From assembly GCA_963793305.1 (NCBI GenBank), contig CAWBZV010000002.1, forward strand, positions 672,001 through 736,000: a stretch of 64,000 nucleotides of DNA, read 5' to 3'. The position numbers were made by a program, and so were the translations under genes. Positions within the stretch are counted from its first letter, which is position 1. Every line of letters begins with the position of its first letter. The notes beneath the pieces are model-generated. The model searched no databases. It worked only from the letters and a program-made list of their open reading frames with translations, and had not been told where the DNA came from. This DNA is from an uncultured Gemmatimonadales bacterium. Its GTDB lineage: Bacteria > Gemmatimonadota > Gemmatimonadetes > Gemmatimonadales > Gemmatimonadaceae. Shown here piece after piece: positions 29,194 through 37,663 of the stretch.

Positions 29194-29714
29194 GCCGCGA
29201 TTGCCTGAGCGTCTGCCTGTGCCTTGACCGCGCGCGCCGCGGCCCAGTCGATCGCCGGTGCCACGCTGGCGTCATCGAGTCCGAGGCTCGCGACCGCGCG
29301 CTCGATGACCGGAGCGCCGAGGTCAGGTGGCAGCGACTGACCAAACGCCAGCTCGGACCGGCGGCACAGCCGTTCCTCGCGCGCGGGATCGCGCGGGCTG
29401 CACGTCATGCGATCGACGCGCGCGTGCACGCCTTCGTGCACGATCGACGACGCGATGATGGCGGGCGTGAACTCGGCCGCGCGCGCGAGGAAGCTGAGCT
29501 CTGTGAGCACCATGCGCTCGCCCGGGAAGTACGCGCCGCGGCATGGAAATGCCGCGATCTGGAGATACGCGATGTCTCGGCGGAGATGCGACAAGCGCCA
29601 CGGCTGGTACTGCTCGATGAGCGCCAGCGCCGCGTCCAGGCGGTCGAGCACGAAGGCCGTCTCGATGTCGGGTCGCGTATTCTCGACCCGGACTCGAACC
29701 CCGCGTATCCGCAT
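29175..29714 (-). CDS. Hypothetical protein with HExxH motif (putative zinc metallopeptidase)
   Basis: IVHEGVHA followed by EERLC; start ATG 29714 just after the rhomboid stop. Confidence 0.55.
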   Translation of the reverse strand: MRIRGVRVRVENTRPDIETAFVLDRLDAALALIEQYQPWRLSHLRRDIAYLQIAAFPCRGAYFPGERMVLTELSFLARAAEFTPAIIASSIVHEGVHARVDRMTCSPRDPAREERLCRRSELAFGQSLPPDLGAPVIERAVASLGLDDASVAPAIDWAAARAVKAQADAQAIAAWRSRS

Positions 29715-29715
29715 G

Positions 29716-30483
29716 CTACGTCGTGCCGGCGAACCGATCGAGCGTCGCGCGCTCCTCGGGTGTGAGGCTGCGGGTGCCATCCTGTTGCGCTTTCTTGAGG
29801 AGCCGTACGACTTCGTCGCGATTGATCGGGTGGAGATCGTCGAGACGGATCTCGCGCCAGCGCTTGAGGGGGTCGCCGTTTCCGATGCCGCCAACGACTG
29901 GCGATCGTTGCGTGGTGACTTTCTTCTTCCAGGCACGCGCGGGCGAGCGAATCTCCAGGGCCTTGAGATACAGGAATCCGGTCGCGACGCCGCCCAGGTG
30001 CGCGAAGTGCGCGATCTGCGCGCCGCCGAAGCCGACGATATCGAACAACACATAGGCAGTGGCGAGCATCCACATTTCAACCGGCAGGATGCCCCAAATG
30101 AGAATGCGATCGCGCGGCCAGTACATCGCATACGCCACGATGATGCCCATGATCGCCGCGGATGCGCCGACGATGGAGGCCGGCGAGGTGACGACCGACA
30201 GCAGGCCGCCGCCGATACCGCTCAACAGATACAGCCAGATGAAATGCTGGCTCCCCAGGCGCTCTTCGACACGGGGACCGAACAGATACAGCGAGTACAT
30301 GTTGAAGATGATGTGCCAGATGTCGGAGCGGCTGTGGAGGAACATGTACGTGACGAGCGTCCACGGCCGGGTCAAGACCAGTCCCGGGAAGAGCACGAGC
30401 CAATCCGTGACCGCGGGAGCGAAATACTGTAACCCGTACATCACAATGTTCGCGACGATCAGGCGGCGGACCCAAGGACTCAT
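29716..30483 (-). CDS. Rhomboid intramembrane serine protease with soluble C-terminal tail
   Basis: WTLVTYMFLH, HIIFNM, GASA (catalytic Ser), AHFAHLGG. Confidence 0.92.
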   Translation of the reverse strand: MSPWVRRLIVANIVMYGLQYFAPAVTDWLVLFPGLVLTRPWTLVTYMFLHSRSDIWHIIFNMYSLYLFGPRVEERLGSQHFIWLYLLSGIGGGLLSVVTSPASIVGASAAIMGIIVAYAMYWPRDRILIWGILPVEMWMLATAYVLFDIVGFGGAQIAHFAHLGGVATGFLYLKALEIRSPARAWKKKVTTQRSPVVGGIGNGDPLKRWREIRLDDLHPINRDEVVRLLKKAQQDGTRSLTPEERATLDRFAGTT

Positions 30484-30518
30484 AGTATGTAGAGTGGCGC
30501 GCGTCTACTTTTCATGCA

Positions 30519-31019
30519 ATGACCACACACCCTGTGGGAGAGTTCCTCGATCACTTGGACCGTGTGCACGAGCGCACGCGGCGGATTGTCGTGCTCATCC
30601 CGCGCAATGACACCGAGTGGGCACCGAAACCTGGGTGGTTCAGCCTGGGCGGGTTGGTCCGCCATCTCGCCGGCATCGAACGCTGGATGTACGCGGAGAC
30701 GATTCACGGCCGCCCGGCACGATATCCGGGGCATGGCCGGGAACTGGCCGATGGATCCGAGGCCGTTCTCGCCTACTACGACCGATTGCACGCCGAATCT
30801 CGCGCCGCGTTCGCGTCGTTGACGGATGCGCGGATGATGGAAAAGTGCCTCACGCCGGCGGGGTCGCCGATATCCGTGTGGAAATGGCTCCGCGCGCATC
30901 TGGAGCACGAGGCACATCATCGCGGCCAGTTGTACCTGATGCTGGCGATGCGCGGTGTCGCGACGCCGCCGATCTACGGCTTGACCGCGGAGCAGGTCCA
31001 GGCGGCGTCAGCCTCATGA
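30519..31019 (+). CDS. DinB/YfiT-family protein
   Basis: VRHLAGIE and EHEAHHRGQ His triad. Confidence 0.88.
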   Translation: MTTHPVGEFLDHLDRVHERTRRIVVLIPRNDTEWAPKPGWFSLGGLVRHLAGIERWMYAETIHGRPARYPGHGRELADGSEAVLAYYDRLHAESRAAFASLTDARMMEKCLTPAGSPISVWKWLRAHLEHEAHHRGQLYLMLAMRGVATPPIYGLTAEQVQAASAS

Positions 31020-32293
31020 TGCGGCGCACCGTCGCACTCTTCGCGCTCGGCTGCGCGGCCGCCGTCGCGTGCCGATCCCAGACCGCGCCTGTCATCACGG
31101 TCGATCACGGTCCCAACGCGCCGGGTCAGCAAGCCAAACCGTACGTCGTGCTCGTCTCGCTCGACGGCTTCCGGTACGACTACGCACGTCGATACAGCGC
31201 GACGCACTTGCAGGCGATCGCGACTCGCGGCGCGACCGCGCCCGACGGGATGATCCCGGTGTATCCGTCGCTCACGTTCCCCAATCACTATTCGCTGGCG
31301 ACCGGCCTCTATCCCGAGCATCACGGCATCGTCGCGAACACGTTCTACGATCCCGCGCGGAAGCAGACCTACAGCCTCGGCGACTCGACGACGGTCACCG
31401 ACGGCACATGGTACAGCGGCACGCCGCTCTGGGTGCTGGCCGAGCAGCACGGCATGCGCTCGGCGTGCTTCTTCTGGCCGGGCTCGGAGGCGGCCATTCA
31501 GGGCGTGCGGCCGACATACTATCTCAAGTACGATCACGCGGTCCCGAACGCCGCGCGCGTCGCCCAGGTGATCGCTTGGCTTCGGTTGCCGGCCGAGCAA
31601 CGGCCGCATTTCATCACGCTCTACATGTCGGACGTCGATCAGGCCGGCCACCTGCACGGACCGGACAGTCACGAGACCGAACAAGCCGTCCATGACGTCA
31701 ATGACGCCGTCGGTTCGCTCGACTCAGCCCTGGCGACGCTGCATCTCGCGATCGACCTGATAATCGTTTCCGACCACGGCATGGCCGCGGTCAAGGGTGA
31801 TTGGGTCGACCTGGATCACGACGAGCCAGATATCATGTCGCGCCTCAGCAAGTCGGTCGGCCCGTCCTTGTACGCGAAGACGGATAGCGACGCCGCTCAT
31901 ATCGCGGCCGCGTTGACGGCCGCGCACGACGACAAGTACCTGGTCTATCGTCGCGCCCAGGTTCCGGCGGCGCTGCACGACGACGCGAACGCCCGCTCGG
32001 GCGATCCGATCATCGTGCCGACAGGCCCGTATCTCATTCGCGCCAACGACCCGCCGGGTATCCCGCGTCCGCGCGAGGTCGGCGCGCACGGGTTTGATCC
32101 GGCGCAGGTCCCGGAGATGAAGTCCAGCTTTTTCGCGGTGGGCCCGCAGATCCGGCGCGGCGCGACGGTGGCCTCCTTCGAGGACGTCAACGTCTATCCG
32201 CTCGTGGCGAAGATTCTCGGACTAGACATCGGGCCCATCATCGGGCCCATCGACGGGACCCTGACCCCCGTCCAATCCATCCTCGTTCGCTGA
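31016..32293 (+). CDS. Nucleotide pyrophosphatase/phosphodiesterase (alkaline phosphatase superfamily), lipoprotein
   Basis: SLDGFRYDY, PSLTFPNHYSLATG, DQAGH, SDHGM, GAHGFD; lipobox AVAC. Confidence 0.9.
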   Translation: MMRRTVALFALGCAAAVACRSQTAPVITVDHGPNAPGQQAKPYVVLVSLDGFRYDYARRYSATHLQAIATRGATAPDGMIPVYPSLTFPNHYSLATGLYPEHHGIVANTFYDPARKQTYSLGDSTTVTDGTWYSGTPLWVLAEQHGMRSACFFWPGSEAAIQGVRPTYYLKYDHAVPNAARVAQVIAWLRLPAEQRPHFITLYMSDVDQAGHLHGPDSHETEQAVHDVNDAVGSLDSALATLHLAIDLIIVSDHGMAAVKGDWVDLDHDEPDIMSRLSKSVGPSLYAKTDSDAAHIAAALTAAHDDKYLVYRRAQVPAALHDDANARSGDPIIVPTGPYLIRANDPPGIPRPREVGAHGFDPAQVPEMKSSFFAVGPQIRRGATVASFEDVNVYPLVAKILGLDIGPIIGPIDGTLTPVQSILVR

Positions 32294-32848
32294 GCCGTCG
32301 CCGAACTCCCGCTCCAGCGCGGCAAGGGCATGATCGACAATGTCCTGCGCTCCGCGCTGAGCCGCGCTCGCCAGCATATCCGCCAGCTCGGCCGCGAGGT
32401 CGTCCGGATATTTCCGCATAGCGTCATAGCGCACCAGATCGCCCACCGGCACCTGTCGCATGCCGGCGAACAAATCCGCCAACGGCCCTTCGGGCTGGGG
32501 CTCGACGGCCTCCTCATACGACTGGCTCGCGGCTTCCCATGGCTCCGCCGTGTCCGGAAACAACGTCTCGGGAATGAGCGCCATAAGGCGCGCCTGCACG
32601 CCCGGCGGGTAGGCCATGCCGTACAACAACAACCGCCTGGGCTCGGCGAACAGTCCGAGCTCCGTCATCATTTCTTCTTCCTCCGGCGCCGCCGCAAACC
32701 TCGACAGCAACTGCTGCTCGGCAAATAGGCCGAGGCACACGGCGCCCTCGGGGAGCGAGTCGGGCACAAGCTCGCCGCCGAGTCGCTCGACGCGCAACGC
32801 CAGCGCCTGACTCACCACCAGCGCTTGGACGGTGAACGGGTCCGACAT
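32222..32848 (-). CDS. Hypothetical acidic protein
   Basis: Fills the gap between NPP and hipA; TATATT 7 nt upstream of ATG 32848. Confidence 0.55.
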   Translation of the reverse strand: MSDPFTVQALVVSQALALRVERLGGELVPDSLPEGAVCLGLFAEQQLLSRFAAAPEEEEMMTELGLFAEPRRLLLYGMAYPPGVQARLMALIPETLFPDTAEPWEAASQSYEEAVEPQPEGPLADLFAGMRQVPVGDLVRYDAMRKYPDDLAAELADMLASAAQRGAQDIVDHALAALEREFGDGSANEDGLDGGQGPVDGPDDGPDV

Positions 32849-32894
32849 AGCGCGAAATATACATAGCGTGCGCACTAGGGCTGGCGGAACACAC

Positions 32895-34187
32895 TCACGG
32901 TAAGAATCCTCGCGCGATCTCCAGATCCTCGTGCTCGAACGCCGTCGCCATCCGGTCACACGCCGCCCCGGCGAGCCCCATGGTCGACGCCACATTGCGC
33001 CACTCTGCCACAACCGCCGCGATCTCGCCCGCGATCTGCCGTGCCTCACGCAACGCAACGTCGAAGTCGGGAGCGACGCTCAACGCTACATCCAGTGACG
33101 CCGACAGATCGTCGTCGAGGCCAATGGCCGTCGAGAGAAACCGTGGCTTCACATCGGTCGGCACCGGGTTGAGATCATAAGCCGGCGCCAACCGCCACCC
33201 ATCCGGTCCGGCATACAGGAACCCGTGGTTCCGCAGATGATCGTCGGTGTTTGAGATGAGCACGTTGAACACCACCCGCCGCCATAACTGCGCGATATCG
33301 GTCGCCGTCTCGGCCCCATATCGCCGCAACGAGTCCGCAATCTCGAGATAACTGCGCGGCGCTCGGTCGACCGCGTCCAACATGCTCATCGCCGACAGAA
33401 ACGGAACCCGCTCCACCAATGACACAGCACCCGCACCCTCCCGTAGGCGCCGATCAAACCGCCGCACGAGCAACACGTCGTGCCCCGCCACCTCCTCAAT
33501 GCGCCACGTCGGGACAACGATCCCCGCCCAATGCGCCAGCGTCAGCGCGACCGCCTCCCATCGGATGACACGCCACGCATCACTCTTCGACGGAAACTTG
33601 GCGATTGACAACTGCCCATCGTGATCCCGGACGGATGCCTTGGGCCGCGCCCCCCCCAGCGACGAGCCCGGCGCCAACAGCACCGCGAGATCCGCATCAC
33701 TCTCCCGATCACTTTCCAGGTGCTCGCTCGCCCGCAACAACCGCGGCAACGCCACCAACGGAGGAACAGCCGCCTCCGACTCATGGGCGACGAACGCGCC
33801 ACCCATCTGGCCTGCGAACCGGAGTGCGCCTGGCCTGGTGATGTCCGAAACGCCGAGGAGATAATCGATCTCGCGCAACTCGCGCGGCCGGCGCCCCTCT
33901 CGCTTCGCCCGATGCCGCTCCGCCGCCGCAATCAACGATCGCCCCCATCGATCCGGCGCCGAATCGCCGATGGCCCCAAACAGCGCCCGCCCCTCCACCG
34001 TGTGAAACGGCCCGGGATCCAGCGTCAGCGCCGGCTCCAGCGCAAATCGTTCGGGTTGAGCGAGCCACGCCGCGTCGTACTCGAACGTCGCCGACTGACG
34101 TCCGCGTTGCGCGACGGCCCACAATCGTCCCACGAACCGCGGTGTCCCTCGGAGATCGACATAGACGAACGCCACCGGCGCACTCAC
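32895..34187 (-). CDS. hipA: HipA-family toxin kinase
   Basis: N-terminal coupled domain (FEY, DSAPDRWGR); GSSLGGARPKA, NTDDHLRNH, LAPAYDLNP. Confidence 0.92.
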   Translation of the reverse strand: MSAPVAFVYVDLRGTPRFVGRLWAVAQRGRQSATFEYDAAWLAQPERFALEPALTLDPGPFHTVEGRALFGAIGDSAPDRWGRSLIAAAERHRAKREGRRPRELREIDYLLGVSDITRPGALRFAGQMGGAFVAHESEAAVPPLVALPRLLRASEHLESDRESDADLAVLLAPGSSLGGARPKASVRDHDGQLSIAKFPSKSDAWRVIRWEAVALTLAHWAGIVVPTWRIEEVAGHDVLLVRRFDRRLREGAGAVSLVERVPFLSAMSMLDAVDRAPRSYLEIADSLRRYGAETATDIAQLWRRVVFNVLISNTDDHLRNHGFLYAGPDGWRLAPAYDLNPVPTDVKPRFLSTAIGLDDDLSASLDVALSVAPDFDVALREARQIAGEIAAVVAEWRNVASTMGLAGAACDRMATAFEHEDLEIARGFLP

Positions 34188-34531
34188 GCCGCACCTCCAG
34201 GCCCCGCCGCGCCATCGGTTCGCCGCCGCCGGATGCGCTGCGGCAGTCGCTCGTCCTCCAAAGCCAGTCCCACCCGATCGTGTTGAACCGCCGCCAGGTT
34301 CGACAGCCGATCGGCGAGACCAAGTACGAACAGAACGGTCGCGTAGATGCCCAGCGACACCGCCGGATCGCCTCGTTCGACTTTGCGCAGCGTCGTTTCG
34401 GATATCATCGCCCGCTGCGCCAGCAGCGCAATCGGGATCCGGCGCCGCCGGCGCGCGTCCCGCAGGTCGGTCCCCAGCTGCCTGAGCGCTCGTCGGATAG
34501 GCACCGGAAGGGGAGGTAGCGCTCTAGCCAT
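34184..34531 (-). CDS. XRE-family HTH protein, probable HipA antitoxin
   Basis: LRDARRRR, ISETTLRKVERGDP; stop overlaps the hipA start. Confidence 0.85.
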   Translation of the reverse strand: MARALPPLPVPIRRALRQLGTDLRDARRRRRIPIALLAQRAMISETTLRKVERGDPAVSLGIYATVLFVLGLADRLSNLAAVQHDRVGLALEDERLPQRIRRRRTDGAAGPGGAA

Positions 34532-34586
34532 AACCACCAATATAACACGTCTTACGCCATTTAACCACCGCGATATTAACGCTTAC
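34531..34586. promoter_or_regulatory. AT-rich TA promoter with imperfect 25-bp direct repeat (candidate operators)
   Basis: TAACCACCAATATAACACGTCTTAC (34531-34555) versus TAACCACCGCGATATTAACGCTTAC (34562-34586). Confidence 0.5.
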
Positions 34587-34623
34587 ATATTGCGGCCTGG
34601 AACCCTGGCGGTAGCCTGCCGAG

Positions 34624-36153
34624 TTAAATCTCATCCTCGGTCGACACGGTCCGGTAGCGCAACGCTTCCGCCACCGCCGCGCGGCTGATCCCGGCCGCGC
34701 CGTCCAAGTCGGCGATCGTGCGAGCGACGCGCAGGATGCGGTGGTATACGCGCGCTGAGAATTGGTACCTCGTGGCAGCCTTGACGAGGAGAGTGCGCGC
34801 GTCGGCATCGACAGGCGTGCAGGAGTCGAGCCATCGGCCGCTGGCGTGGGCGTTTGACAGCGTGCCGCGGTACCGCGCGCGCTGCAGCGCCCGAGCGGCC
34901 TCCACGCGCGCACGAATCGACTCCGAGCCCTCGGATGGGGGCGCCTTGTGACCCGAGAGCTCGTCGATCGGAACGGCGCCGACGAATACGTGCATGTCGA
35001 TGCGGTCGGCCAACGGGCCCGATAAGCGTGCTTGATAGCGGCGAACCTCGCGCATGGCGCAACGACAGGGCACGGCGGGATCGCCCGCGTGACCGCACGG
35101 GCACGGGTTCGCGGCACCGACGAGCGTGACCTGGGCCGGATAGATCACCGTGCGTTGCGCACGCGTGATCACCACGCGGCCATCTTCCAGCGGCTGGCGA
35201 AGTGCTTCCAGTGCGCGACGCGAGAATTCGAGCAGCTCGTCGAGAAACAAGACGCCGAGATGCGCCAGACTGACCTCGCCCGGATGTGGTGACCGGCCGC
35301 CGCCGACCAACCCCGCATAAGAGATCGTGTGGTGCGGAGCGCGGAAGGGACGCGGAGGCGGCAGCGGCGTATCCAACGTCACAAGGCCCGCCACCGACTG
35401 CACGGCAATGACGTCCAGCGCTTCCTCTTCCGATAGCGTCGGCAATATCGTCGGAAGGCGTCGCGCCAGCATCGTCTTCCCGGCCCCCGGTGGGCCGAGC
35501 AGCATCACATTGTGCCCGCCGGCCGCGGCGACTTCGAGCGCGCGCTTGGCGCTGACCTGCCCAACGACATCGGCGAAATCGAGTTCCTCGCGCGCGTTGC
35601 GCGTCGCGCGCTCGGGCACGACGACCTGACGCAGTGTGCCGGTGCCGAGGGCGGTGACGAGCGCGCCGAGTGTCGAGCATGAAACGAGGCGCTCGACCAG
35701 ATGCGCGATCAGCGCGGCTTCGCCGAGGTTGACGGGCGGCACGAACAGCCTGTCAGAGGGCGAGCGGGCGACGTGTCGCGCGATCGAGAGCATCCCGCGG
35801 ACACCGCGGATCTCGCCGTCGAGGCCGAGCTCACCGACTACGATGAGATCGCGCAGCGCGTGGGGGTCGAGCTGACCTGTTGCTGCGAGCAGCGCCAACG
35901 CAATCGGCAGATCGAACGCCGTCCCGACTTTCTTTGTGTCGGCGGGCGCAAGGTTGACTGTCATGCGTCGTGGCGGCACGACGAGGTCCGAGTTCCTCAG
36001 CGCCGCGTTGACACGCTCTCGGCTCTCTTTGACGGCACTTTCCGGCAACCCCACGATGGTCCAGCTCGGCAATCCCATGGCCGCGTCGAGCTCGACGATG
36101 ACCTCAGACGCTTCGATGCCGTCGACGGCCGCGGACCGTACGCTCGCGTGCAC
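34624..36153 (-). CDS. comM: ComM/YifB Mg-chelatase-like AAA+ ATPase
   Basis: IVGLPESAVKESRERV, NLAPAD, GPPGAGKT, RPFRAPHH, GVLFLDE, NPCPCG, RVARTIADL; GTG start 36153. Confidence 0.93.
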   Translation of the reverse strand: MHASVRSAAVDGIEASEVIVELDAAMGLPSWTIVGLPESAVKESRERVNAALRNSDLVVPPRRMTVNLAPADTKKVGTAFDLPIALALLAATGQLDPHALRDLIVVGELGLDGEIRGVRGMLSIARHVARSPSDRLFVPPVNLGEAALIAHLVERLVSCSTLGALVTALGTGTLRQVVVPERATRNAREELDFADVVGQVSAKRALEVAAAGGHNVMLLGPPGAGKTMLARRLPTILPTLSEEEALDVIAVQSVAGLVTLDTPLPPPRPFRAPHHTISYAGLVGGGRSPHPGEVSLAHLGVLFLDELLEFSRRALEALRQPLEDGRVVITRAQRTVIYPAQVTLVGAANPCPCGHAGDPAVPCRCAMREVRRYQARLSGPLADRIDMHVFVGAVPIDELSGHKAPPSEGSESIRARVEAARALQRARYRGTLSNAHASGRWLDSCTPVDADARTLLVKAATRYQFSARVYHRILRVARTIADLDGAAGISRAAVAEALRYRTVSTEDEI

Positions 36154-36268
36154 CCGCCGAGCATATGGTGCCAGCCGGCTGAGACCATCATCGCGGCACG
36201 GCGCATTGTTCATCTTATCGCCGACGCTCTCAGCGTGACGGCTCGTCGACGGGCGTCGTCGCTCGTGC

Positions 36269-36619
36269 ATGCCAGACTACAAGACCAGCGAAGGTCAAAC
36301 AGCCGCGCTCGGCGGTGTCGACGCCCTGATCGCGCTGTACGACGCAGCTCCGGACATGGGCGGCCCCAACCCGAACGCACTCCGCGGCGCTGTTGCGTCG
36401 GTGCGACGCGATCCAGGGTTGTCAGTCGATGCGCAACGCCTGTTCGACAAGGTCGAACGCGCGATAAGTGTAGAACTCCAGGAGCGCTTGCCGGTCGCGC
36501 CGGACGTCTTACAATCGCGGCGAGCGGAGCTCAAGCACCAATTGCGGCTCTTGCACAACCAGCTTACGGAAGACGTGATACGCGCCCAGCGCGCCGCCGT
36601 TTCTGAGCATCACAGCTGA
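36269..36619 (+). CDS. Hypothetical helical protein
   Basis: 116-aa ORF filling the gap, co-oriented with the next gene. Confidence 0.5.
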   Translation: MPDYKTSEGQTAALGGVDALIALYDAAPDMGGPNPNALRGAVASVRRDPGLSVDAQRLFDKVERAISVELQERLPVAPDVLQSRRAELKHQLRLLHNQLTEDVIRAQRAAVSEHHS

Positions 36620-36638
36620 TCGCAGTCGCTGTACTTCA

Positions 36639-37493
36639 ATGCCACGCTTCCGGCCGAACGACGATAAAGGCTCCTTGTCGCGATTCGATACGCCGATTCG
36701 CATCAAGTGGCTCGTCAATGTGAAAGGGTGGGTAGACGAATTTCCGGCAGGTGCGTTCGCCAGCCATCAAGACGGCCGCGAAGCGAGCCATTGTGTCTTC
36801 AACCCACACGACCAACCCGACGGCCGCGCGCACTACCGGCTCTCTCTGGCCGGTAGGCGTGCCCGGCTCGACTACTCAGCATGTGCGCGTCAGAACGAAC
36901 GAGAGGGTATGGAGCTTGGCGTCTTGACGCTCATCTTCGCGGACAGCTCACGCGCGCGCGTGCTTGATGTGTGGTGGCAAGAGCACGTAGACGGAGTAGT
37001 CCAGAAGGGCGTTGCCCAGCAGATTACCGGCCCGTCCGGTCAATCCGCAGTTCGCGCCTCCTTGGCGGCTCTTGAGTTGTACGAGCTCGGCCAAGGTCGA
37101 CAGACCGATCCACGCGCCCGCGAAGCGGTCGAGCGGTATGCAATGCGCCGCGCACAACGGCACTACGAGCGCGAGAACTGGCAGGTGGAGAATGTTAGCC
37201 AGCGAGAATCCTTCGACCTATACTGCAAACGAGACGCGACGACGCTTCGGGTAGAAGTGAAAGGCACCATTGGGTCTGCGCGCTCGATTGTCGTCACGGG
37301 CCGGGAGCTGGAGCTGGCGAAACAGCACTACCCGAACGTGGCGCTCTACGTCGTGCACGCGATCGGGCTCAAACGAAACGCTGCAGGTAACTTTCGAGCC
37401 TACGCCGGAGAGGTCCGACTGATCGAGCCGTGGGACCCGGATGGCGGCGACCGGGAAGTCGTCACCGTACGTTGGTACCTGCCGGAGCTGTAA
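36639..37493 (+). CDS. DUF3883/NOV-C-like PD-(D/E)xK nuclease domain protein
   Basis: C-terminal AVERYAM, WQVENVS, SFDLYC, RVEVKGT; N-terminal domain not recognised. Confidence 0.7.
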   Translation: MPRFRPNDDKGSLSRFDTPIRIKWLVNVKGWVDEFPAGAFASHQDGREASHCVFNPHDQPDGRAHYRLSLAGRRARLDYSACARQNEREGMELGVLTLIFADSSRARVLDVWWQEHVDGVVQKGVAQQITGPSGQSAVRASLAALELYELGQGRQTDPRAREAVERYAMRRAQRHYERENWQVENVSQRESFDLYCKRDATTLRVEVKGTIGSARSIVVTGRELELAKQHYPNVALYVVHAIGLKRNAAGNFRAYAGEVRLIEPWDPDGGDREVVTVRWYLPEL

Positions 37494-37663
37494 CTGTACT
37501 GCGGCGGATCGGGGTACGACGGGGCCGGCGGTGCTACCCGTTGCTGAGGCAGTGAGAGGGCTGGCATGCCGTCGAAACGGCCATAGTCACGCTAACCACG
37601 CGGCGAGGACGGCGCTGACTGGTGCGCCGGCGACGCGAGCTGCCGCCTTGTTCAGCAACGTAC

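Noticed and set aside
37494..37663. Largest intergenic gap, as a possible ncRNA or IS remnant (8-bp inverted repeat GTTGCTGA/TCAGCAAC)
   Set aside because: No tRNA or riboswitch signature, repeat too short, no transposase; cannot be supported without a covariance-model search
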